DNA from: a virus
Virus record (IMG/VR): IMGVR_UViG_3300032397_000008
Span: 1-64,000 of that record
Reading direction: 5' to 3' (one strand)
DNA length: 64,000 bases
A program made the translations under genes and the position numbers. Shown here piece after piece: positions 56,267 through 64,000 of the stretch. Each line of letters starts with the position of its first letter. Within the stretch, counting starts at the first letter, position 1. The notes beneath the pieces were generated by a model that saw only the letters and a list, made by a program, of their open reading frames with translations, did no database searches and was not told where the DNA came from.

Positions 56267-58364
56267 GGTACACGAGCCGATTTCAGGAGAACATATCTTT
56301 CCAGCATCTCAAATCACTCCATTGGCGGTAAAGTGGAAGGAATTGAACACTGCGGGTCGCCATGAGCAGGCGATGCTGATTCTGGAAGATATCGTAAAAC
56401 TGTCAACTTCTATGTTTGAGCGCCTGGCTCAGCATGAGGATTTCCATCATACGGTTGATCTCAGCATCCTGGTGTCGGCCGCTCAAGAGAAGGTGATCAA
56501 GTGGCTGCTCCGGTGGAATCCTAAGAAAGGAAGAATTTTTTCATGGTTTTCGCTTAGTGAGCGAACGCAAATCCTTCTTCCAGATGGTAATACACGACAG
56601 ATCGGTGATCTAGTAAATGAACGGTATAGCGGTAAGGTGATGTGTTGGAATTTTGAAAAGAAAGCATTTGAAGCCAAGCAAGTCACTGACTGGAGTAAAA
56701 AACCGTGCAAACGAAAAGATTGGCGTAAACTTATTGTAACGCGACCCAGCGGATATTCTCGCTACATTTACATCACCAAAGACCACCGAGTTTGGACCCA
56801 AACAGGATGGGCGTGTGTAGATTGGCTCAATCCTAGAGATCTCCTTAGTGTCGATAAACCGACTTTGACCAAAGACGGACAAGCAGCTTTGTTGGGTTTG
56901 TACTTGGGAGATGGTTCAGTTTTTAAGAATGATTTTCGAGTTACACACGGAAAAGATCAACGTTTCTACAATGAATGGTTACTGAAGAAATTTAGGGGTA
57001 ATCTGTACGATTGTCACACTGTTGGGTGGAATAAGTTTACCAAGACGACGATGGACCATTCTGGTGAAACTATCATGTATTTCCATGCCGCCGATATGTG
57101 GCCAGAATTTGAAAATTTGAGTCATCCTAAGAAGATTACTCCGTGGATTTTGGATCGTCTTACACCACTAAGTTTAGCGATATGGTATATGGACGACGGC
57201 AGCTACGCAGAAAGTCAATTCGGTCAAGTGACGTTGGCGTCCCATGGATTTACTGAGCCGGAGCGTGGGCTTATTGTGAATGCTCTCAAGTGCCGATTTG
57301 GCATAACTGCTAATACGCACAAGGGTGGCTCCATATACGTCACCGAACAATCTAAGAATACGTTTTTTTCTCTTATTGCGCCGTATGTATTACAAGAATT
57401 CAGCTACAAGATAAAAGAGTCTTATCGACATGTTTCAAAGGTTGATTCCATGTTCGTTGAAGATCAAATAGAGCTAGTCAGTCACAAAGATATCGCCGTT
57501 TCAGGAGAAAGTTACTGGGAAGCAAAGAAGGTGTTTAAGCCGGTTTACAGGTCTGGCGAGACTACAAAAATGCTTCGATGGAAGTACGATTTGACCGTAG
57601 AAGGTAATCACAACTTTTTTGCGGGTCGATGTAAGTTGTTGGTATCCAACTCCAAATGTGCCAAGCACGCTTTTCTTTCTGAACTGGTCAAGGTCAACCA
57701 GTACCGAAAACGGTATCATGTTACCGGTGATAACCTGGAGAAATACTTCGGGGAGGTTGACCAGACTAGTGAGCGTCACAACCTGGCGGAGGAGTTTAAT
57801 AACCGTCTGAAGACGCTTTATTGCTACTGGGGTAGCTTACAGGAGCGAGGGGCGATTCGATATCTAGTGGAATGTGTCATAGACCTGGATAATCATGACC
57901 GGCAGGAGGCGATTCGCGGAGCTGCCTATGCTTACGGTATCGGAATTGATTTGTCCAAATTTTTCTATAACTTCGTGCTGGTATCTTTGCGAGACCTGCA
58001 TTACGATAAGATTCGTGTTTCGGTATCAGAGCACGACCTGCTGCGACTCCAGCAGGCGTATTCGACGTTTATGTTTTTGATGGAGGAGCTTCCTCCTGAT
58101 AAGATCAAACGATTTATAGCGGTGTACGGCGGACAGAGATTCAAGGTGCCAACCATACAGCAGGTGTACAAGCTAAAAGAAGATTTCAAAATCTTTCAAG
58201 AGATCGATCGAAGCAGTCAGGACCCGGATGCGATCAATGAAGCAGCTAAGAAGTTCAAGAAAACGCCACGCACGGCCTCGGAAATTTACCACGAGATGGC
58301 AGAAACACTTAACCCCGCCAGGAACGGGGAATTTGGAGTTTACAGCGACGACCCGTATGAATGA
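56253..58364 (+). CDS. Sigma-factor-like protein with intein
   Basis: The spliced sequence AQEKVIKWLLRWNPKKGRIFSWFSKCAKHAFL resembles sigma region 2 (gp55-like); C-terminal YGGQRFKVP. Confidence 0.65.
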   Translation: MPKLKVHEPISGEHIFPASQITPLAVKWKELNTAGRHEQAMLILEDIVKLSTSMFERLAQHEDFHHTVDLSILVSAAQEKVIKWLLRWNPKKGRIFSWFSLSERTQILLPDGNTRQIGDLVNERYSGKVMCWNFEKKAFEAKQVTDWSKKPCKRKDWRKLIVTRPSGYSRYIYITKDHRVWTQTGWACVDWLNPRDLLSVDKPTLTKDGQAALLGLYLGDGSVFKNDFRVTHGKDQRFYNEWLLKKFRGNLYDCHTVGWNKFTKTTMDHSGETIMYFHAADMWPEFENLSHPKKITPWILDRLTPLSLAIWYMDDGSYAESQFGQVTLASHGFTEPERGLIVNALKCRFGITANTHKGGSIYVTEQSKNTFFSLIAPYVLQEFSYKIKESYRHVSKVDSMFVEDQIELVSHKDIAVSGESYWEAKKVFKPVYRSGETTKMLRWKYDLTVEGNHNFFAGRCKLLVSNSKCAKHAFLSELVKVNQYRKRYHVTGDNLEKYFGEVDQTSERHNLAEEFNNRLKTLYCYWGSLQERGAIRYLVECVIDLDNHDRQEAIRGAAYAYGIGIDLSKFFYNFVLVSLRDLHYDKIRVSVSEHDLLRLQQAYSTFMFLMEELPPDKIKRFIAVYGGQRFKVPTIQQVYKLKEDFKIFQEIDRSSQDPDAINEAAKKFKKTPRTASEIYHEMAETLNPARNGEFGVYSDDPYE
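56550..57650 (+). mobile_element. Intein (367 aa) with LAGLIDADG endonuclease
   Basis: SLSERTQILLPDG, TKDH, LLGLYLGDG, WYMDDG, YDLTVEGNHNFFA...VSN|S. Confidence 0.92.
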
Positions 58365-59841
58365 TGTAGAGATTATTATTGAAGTGCTTAGGAAAAGCAG
58401 CCGGAACGTGGAATGGATGGTAAGATCAAAATCTACTTTACCTTGTCTTCCTCCACTAGAAGACATGATGCCCGATATAAATCGTTTGATCATGTCGATT
58501 GTGCGGACGTATGCCAACCCGGCCAATCCTCTTCTTCACTTTGAGGATTTAGTGTCAGAATGTAAGGAGAAACTTGCTAAGCTGCTGTTTGATGGTCTGG
58601 AAAAACGGGCACCGACTCGTGAAAAGTTCTTCGCATTCATCAAGGTGGCGTTCAAGCATCACATTTACAGTCATATCCAGAAGCACGTATTCGCCTTTAA
58701 GCGGACCGGCGTCAAGGCTCCGCCCAGGAATCAGCAAGTTCAGTCTCTCCGGGCGTGCGAAGAGCCGGTGCCGATAGAATCGGAGCATGCAGTTCGACTC
58801 TATCTGGACGATCCAGATGCCAACGTACAGGTCGGAGAACCTTTTGATACTAACGTTATGTACGAGCGGGAACTGGTCGATGAATTAAAAGCAGTTTTGT
58901 GGCCGGTTGAAAGACTAGTTTTGGATCAATTACTCAGTCCCAACGCAGAAGCTATGGTACATTCTCAGATTGATGCTTATCGTGGCAAGAACTTGAGTCG
59001 TGTGAATTTCCGTGTGAACTATCGACACATGGCAGAGGGCCTCGGTATCACTATCGATCTCTTTCAGCAAGCCATGGTAGCCATCAAACAAAAATACAAG
59101 ATGATTATGATACAAGAAGACAAACAAGAATCTCCGGAACAGCAACAAATCAAATTGGCCGAACTTACCCTCTGCCGGGTGTTTTGTGTTCAGGTGCCAC
59201 CTACCATTGACTCCGTTACCAAGCGTCGGCTGTTTACACTGGTGGCCCGTGATCAGGCGGATAAAATTACCACCGAGATTGCCAATCTGTTGGTGCTCAT
59301 CGGTGCCCAAGTACCGCACAAGTTGGGTGATCAACTTTCTTGTCACGGTGTTCTTTGGCAGCGTAATCATCGTATCTGCATGTCGTGTGGTGCTCAGGAC
59401 AGCTGTAAGGTCAAAGCAGTGAATTTAGGGCTCGGGGATATGGTGCTGAGTCCTCGCCTACTGGGTGCAAAGCTCTCTCGGATACCGGTGATTCTGCCTA
59501 ACCAGCCACCTGAGTCTGACGTGGAACCTGAAAGGGGAGTTCTGCCACAGAATAACCGTGACGAAGACGTGTTGTCCTACCTAAACGATAGCTTCAAGCC
59601 GGTCATGCACATGGGGGAGATTTATTACAAGTTTAACGAACGCCTCGGTGATCGTGATCGGTTACTGTTTTGCGTGGGTGAGCCTGGGTCGGCGATGCGT
59701 CTTAGGTTCTGCAATCCTCATGAGTCGGTAAGAGAGTCTTTACGACTGGGTAATCGAAAGGGATGGTATGTTCCTGACAATTTGACTGCTCAGGAGGTAA
59801 TCGAGGTTATCGACCAACACACAAAAGCGGTTCTTTTATAG
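58357..59841 (+). CDS. Second sigma-factor-like protein with C-terminal extension
   Basis: EDLVSEC...FFAFIKVAFKHHI (region 2-like), YRHMAEGLGIT (HTH). Confidence 0.55.
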   Translation: MNDVEIIIEVLRKSSRNVEWMVRSKSTLPCLPPLEDMMPDINRLIMSIVRTYANPANPLLHFEDLVSECKEKLAKLLFDGLEKRAPTREKFFAFIKVAFKHHIYSHIQKHVFAFKRTGVKAPPRNQQVQSLRACEEPVPIESEHAVRLYLDDPDANVQVGEPFDTNVMYERELVDELKAVLWPVERLVLDQLLSPNAEAMVHSQIDAYRGKNLSRVNFRVNYRHMAEGLGITIDLFQQAMVAIKQKYKMIMIQEDKQESPEQQQIKLAELTLCRVFCVQVPPTIDSVTKRRLFTLVARDQADKITTEIANLLVLIGAQVPHKLGDQLSCHGVLWQRNHRICMSCGAQDSCKVKAVNLGLGDMVLSPRLLGAKLSRIPVILPNQPPESDVEPERGVLPQNNRDEDVLSYLNDSFKPVMHMGEIYYKFNERLGDRDRLLFCVGEPGSAMRLRFCNPHESVRESLRLGNRKGWYVPDNLTAQEVIEVIDQHTKAVLL

Positions 59842-59844
59842 CGT

Positions 59845-60216
59845 ATGGCTGAACAACTAGCACAAACGAATCAGCAGGTTCAACCTGCTGAATTGATAGA
59901 CTCTATGAACAAGTGGGACGCCCTTAAACAACAAGGGTGGATCAAACCCGTGGATTACTTGTTTATGTTTGTCATAATCCTACTGTGGACGGGCATGATC
60001 GTCTACTATTTAACAAGTTTTCCTAGTGTTTACACGCTCCTATCAACGGGAGTGTGTACGGTTATACTACTCCAGATATGGCTCGTCATGCTCGTGTACC
60101 GATGCATGGACTTCGTACTGGTTACTCGGGCTGATATCAACTTGATGCCGGTCTCAGCAGCCCGCATGGCGATTGCTTATTTTCAAGCAGGACAGACACC
60201 CCCAACGACCAAATGA
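59845..60216 (+). CDS. Two-TM membrane protein
   Basis: Two hydrophobic helices. Confidence 0.7.
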   Translation: MAEQLAQTNQQVQPAELIDSMNKWDALKQQGWIKPVDYLFMFVIILLWTGMIVYYLTSFPSVYTLLSTGVCTVILLQIWLVMLVYRCMDFVLVTRADINLMPVSAARMAIAYFQAGQTPPTTK

Positions 60217-61121
60217 CATCAGCCCTAGCTATTTTAACCTACAACAGGGTTGGTGCTTTAAAGACTGAGCTGGAAGGTCTTTTTCAGCACTGCGGGCAAT
60301 ACCCTCTAGCGATTTTTGAGGATTTTGGGTGGAGAGATGGTACCGAAGCCTTTCTTCGTACGGGTTCGACAAAAGTGACCGATCGCAAAGACCTTCTGGC
60401 AGAAGAGTGGAAAAACCCCAAATTCACTGCCTTTTTAGGAACAAAGAACCTGGGTGTGGCAGGAAACAGTAATCGAGTGATCAAGTGGTTTCTGGACGAA
60501 ACTACCGCTGATCACCTTTTTATGATCAACGACGATTTACACATTTTGGGCGATGCGGTTGCCTGGTACGCTCAAGCGCACGAAGACTTAGGCGTGGGGC
60601 TGTTCTGTTTTTGTGACTTCCTTGAGAAGAGCTACAAGTGGTTGACAATTCGTTCACGGGGGTATCACGTGAAACTCTTACCCAGGATGACTGGTATTCT
60701 CATGTCCCAAACTCGTGCTGCGACGAAAAAGGTAGGATACTATGATACCCGATTCGGAAAGTTCGGAGAAGAGCATTCTGACTACACCAACCGCATGCGC
60801 CTCGCGGGACAGATCACTCTGGATACCTCTCACCAACCTTGTCTTGATATTGAACATTACCGGGTTGGAGAAAAGCCTAGGATGCTGATGAAGCATCAGG
60901 ACGTGCCGACATCTGTGGTTGGCATGGAACGTAGACGGGCAGACGCTGCCGCCGCTTCAGCGATGTCCGAGGCGGTCGTATCCTACCGGAATAGAAACGT
61001 TTTCAGACCGTTTGCCTTGTGGACTCCGAAGTGGGTTGGCATGTCTAAGGACGTTGGCATTCCTGTAAACAGATTGCTTTCCTCGCACGCGCTAGTGTTT
61101 GACCATGGCAGTTGTAATTAA
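60213..61121 (+). CDS. GT2 glycosyltransferase
   Basis: ILTYNR, NLGVAGNSN, INDD, GEEHSDY. Confidence 0.85.
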   Translation: MTSALAILTYNRVGALKTELEGLFQHCGQYPLAIFEDFGWRDGTEAFLRTGSTKVTDRKDLLAEEWKNPKFTAFLGTKNLGVAGNSNRVIKWFLDETTADHLFMINDDLHILGDAVAWYAQAHEDLGVGLFCFCDFLEKSYKWLTIRSRGYHVKLLPRMTGILMSQTRAATKKVGYYDTRFGKFGEEHSDYTNRMRLAGQITLDTSHQPCLDIEHYRVGEKPRMLMKHQDVPTSVVGMERRRADAAAASAMSEAVVSYRNRNVFRPFALWTPKWVGMSKDVGIPVNRLLSSHALVFDHGSCN

Positions 61122-61163
61122 GTCTGCCGGTAGGCTGCGATTTGAATTGTTAACAGAAGTCTC

Positions 61164-63911
61164 ATGCTTCACATTACTCCAACATTCCACACTGATGATT
61201 CCCGATCTCCCTACGATACAGTTACGTGGTCTTTAAGGACAGCAGAAATCAAAGATCATTTAGGTAAGTCGTTTTTTCATCAGAACGAGGTAGAAGCTCC
61301 CGCTTCTTGGTCGGACATGGCAGTTAACATCGCAGCCTCAAAGTATTTTTATGGTGTGAGCGGGACGAGCGAACGAGAATCAAGCGTACGCGCTATGATC
61401 CACCGAGTCTGTAGCACTATCGAGGACTGGGGTGTGGCAGACGGATACTTTGGAGTAGCCGACGGAAATGTATTCTACAAGGAGCTGTCTTACTTGTGTT
61501 TGAATCAATATGCTTCGTTCAATTCTCCCGTTTGGTTCAATGTAGGATTATGGCACCAATACGGGTACGGCAAGACCGGCACGGCGGGTAACTGGTGGTA
61601 CAATTCAAAAACCGATCAAGCCGAATATCAAGATAATCAGTACAAGCGTCCTCAATGTTCGGCATGTTTTATTCAAAGCGTGGAGGACAGCATGCCGTCC
61701 ATCATGCATTTGGCCGTTTCAGAAGCTATGCTGTTCAAATTTGGGTCTGGGTCAGGAACCAATCTTTCCCCTATCCGCTCTTATCGTGAATCCCTGTCGG
61801 GCGGAGGCACCCCTTCGGGACCGCTTTCGTTTCTGAAGATTTATGATCAGGTGGCTAACGTCGTGAAATCCGGCGGTAAGACTCGCCGAGCGGCTAAGAT
61901 AAACATTCTTCACGATTGGCATGGTGACATTGAGGAGTTTATCGACGCCAAATCAATTGAAGAAAGAAAGGCATGGGCACTGATCGAACAGGGATACGAT
62001 GGATCGTTCGGGGGCGATGCTTATGGGTCGGTTATGTACCAGAATGAAAATTTGTCCGTGCGAATCAGTGATGAGTTCATGCACGCGGCAACTGATGAAG
62101 GGCATACCGGAGAATGGTGGACCCGGTCAGTTACCACCGGTAAACCTATAGAGAAAAAGAACGCACGAAATTTATTTCGAAAGATGGCGGAGGGGGCTTG
62201 GTTGTGCGGGGACCCTGGTGTTCAATTCGATAGCACGATTCAAAAGTGGAACACTTGTAAGGCAAGCGGTCGAATCGAGGCGACGAACCCATGTGCCGAG
62301 TTCCACTTTTTGGATAATACAGCGTGCAACTTGGCGTCTTTGAACTTGATGAAGTTTGTGAAATCCGATGGGTCGTTCGATGTGGACATGTTTAAGGCTG
62401 CGGTGAGAATCGTACTCATTGCTCAGGACATACTTGTAGACAATGCTAGCTATCCGACCAAGGAGATTGCCGAACGATCGCACGTATTTAGACCTCTAGG
62501 GCTTGGGTACGCCAATTTAGGGGCACTGATTATGTCTCGTGGTTTGCCCTACGACAGCCATACGTCAAGAGAATTGGCAGGGGCTATCACAGCGTTGATG
62601 ACCGGGCACGCCTACGAAGTGTCAGCAGAAATCGCTCAGGTAAAGGGAGCCTTTTCTGCTTATGCCATAAATCGTGCATCGGTGATAGAAGTCATTGATA
62701 AACACTGCGAAGCGTGCAGTCAAGCACTGCACCACTCTGCGGGCGTTGTGCCTATTCTGGATGCGGCATATTCGTGCTGGAAGAAGGTAAAGTGTCTGTG
62801 CGACGAGCAAGGATTCAGAAATTCTCAAGTAACTCTTTTGGCTCCTACTGGCACGATCTCGTTTCTATTGGACTGTGCTACTACCGGTATCGAACCTGAA
62901 ATCGCGCTGACTCGGTACAAATCTTTGGCGGGTGGTGGTAGCATAAAGGTGATCAATTCTGTAGTTCCACAGACGCTAAAGACGCTTGGTTACAGTTCAA
63001 TGGACATTGAGTCGATAATGTCACACCTTGAGTCAACGGGTACTATCGAAAACGCTCCTCGTTTGAAGGAAGAAGATTGGGCGGTGTTCGATTGTGCCAT
63101 GAGGTCACCGTCGGGCAAGCGTAGCATTGAGTACAAGGCGCATGTTCTCATGATGTCTGCGGTTCAACCGTTTCTTAGCGGCGCTATTTCCAAGACGGTA
63201 AATATGCCAACGGACGCAACGGTGATTGACATAGAGAACACCTATTTGTTAGCGTGGAAGCGAGGTTTGAAGTGTATAGCGGTTTACCGTGACGGGTCTA
63301 AACGGTCGCAGCCCGTCAACATTAAGATGGCATCTCCACTGGAAATCTCTACTGTCGATCGTTTGAGATTAGAAATCGAGACTCTGAAAGGCAAGATAAA
63401 CACCCCTCGTCGCAAAAAGATGCCGCAGACCCGTCAATCGGTGACTCACAAGTTCGCTATTTCAGGGCATGAAGGGTACTTGACCGTTGGGCTCTTTCCG
63501 GATGGTAAGCCGGGCGAGTTGTTCATCACTATGTCAAAAGAGGGTTCCACGGTCGGCGGTCTCATGGATTGCATCGGTACCCTTACCAGCATGGCATTGC
63601 AATATGGTGTGCCGGTAGAGTCTTTGATCAACAAATTCAGTCACGTGAGATTCGAACCTAGCGGGTGGACGGGCGATAGTCAGATCAAGAGTGCTTCGTC
63701 TATAATTGATTATGTCTTTCGATGGATGGAAATGCAGTTTCCTCAGAAGGAAGAAGTCAAGGAGAAGATTAAGAAAGAAGCACCTCCAGCTTCATCTGCT
63801 CATGAGATGACAACGGATGCGCCTCCTTGTTCGAATTGTGGTCAGATTACGGTCAGGAATGGCTCTTGCCACAAATGCTTGAATTGTGGCGAGAGTAATG
63901 GGTGTTCGTGA
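61164..63911 (+). CDS. nrdJ: Vitamin B12-dependent class II ribonucleotide reductase
   Basis: FNSPVWFN, SACFI, NPCAE, APTGTI, YRDGSK, TSCPD-type C-terminal domain. Confidence 0.95.
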   Translation: MLHITPTFHTDDSRSPYDTVTWSLRTAEIKDHLGKSFFHQNEVEAPASWSDMAVNIAASKYFYGVSGTSERESSVRAMIHRVCSTIEDWGVADGYFGVADGNVFYKELSYLCLNQYASFNSPVWFNVGLWHQYGYGKTGTAGNWWYNSKTDQAEYQDNQYKRPQCSACFIQSVEDSMPSIMHLAVSEAMLFKFGSGSGTNLSPIRSYRESLSGGGTPSGPLSFLKIYDQVANVVKSGGKTRRAAKINILHDWHGDIEEFIDAKSIEERKAWALIEQGYDGSFGGDAYGSVMYQNENLSVRISDEFMHAATDEGHTGEWWTRSVTTGKPIEKKNARNLFRKMAEGAWLCGDPGVQFDSTIQKWNTCKASGRIEATNPCAEFHFLDNTACNLASLNLMKFVKSDGSFDVDMFKAAVRIVLIAQDILVDNASYPTKEIAERSHVFRPLGLGYANLGALIMSRGLPYDSHTSRELAGAITALMTGHAYEVSAEIAQVKGAFSAYAINRASVIEVIDKHCEACSQALHHSAGVVPILDAAYSCWKKVKCLCDEQGFRNSQVTLLAPTGTISFLLDCATTGIEPEIALTRYKSLAGGGSIKVINSVVPQTLKTLGYSSMDIESIMSHLESTGTIENAPRLKEEDWAVFDCAMRSPSGKRSIEYKAHVLMMSAVQPFLSGAISKTVNMPTDATVIDIENTYLLAWKRGLKCIAVYRDGSKRSQPVNIKMASPLEISTVDRLRLEIETLKGKINTPRRKKMPQTRQSVTHKFAISGHEGYLTVGLFPDGKPGELFITMSKEGSTVGGLMDCIGTLTSMALQYGVPVESLINKFSHVRFEPSGWTGDSQIKSASSIIDYVFRWMEMQFPQKEEVKEKIKKEAPPASSAHEMTTDAPPCSNCGQITVRNGSCHKCLNCGESNGCS

Positions 63912-64000
63912 ACTGTAGTTATGGCGTATGAGCACGTTGACAAACCGTATGACGGGTGTATACGAAAACACGGGTGTTACCATGGCGGGTGACGTTCCGC

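Noticed and set aside
1-64000. Stop-codon reassignment
   Set aside because: Long genes are intact in the standard code, TAG, TGA and TAA all end genes, and no suppressor tRNA was seen

Overview
A 64-kb segment of a large (jumbo-type) tailed phage genome. Structural genes: baseplate wedge and neck. A 7.8-kb minus-strand glycan-modification cluster. Replication and recombination genes: DnaB, intein-containing PolA with an N-terminal UDG-like domain, NAD ligase, RecA/UvsX, gp32-like SSB and class II RNR. Also gmd/fcl, heptose genes and two adjacent sigma-like genes, one with an intein. The centre (about 23.0-40.7 kb) is a translation island: 42 tRNA genes covering all 20 amino acids, a tmRNA with a 43-codon tag frame, a ~250-nt RNase P RNA and several unassigned structured RNAs. 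The best candidates for something new are at the head of this island: a codon-diverse leader peptide coupled to an antiterminator/terminator switch, and a 260-nt RNA carrying the 23S rRNA L11-binding (GTPase-associated centre) motifs split by a large insert. Other signals are three dispersed 36-nt hairpin repeats, a 24-bp long-range inverted repeat bracketing the array, and two recurrent motifs just upstream of start codons. All calls come from reading the sequence by eye; no database searches were run.
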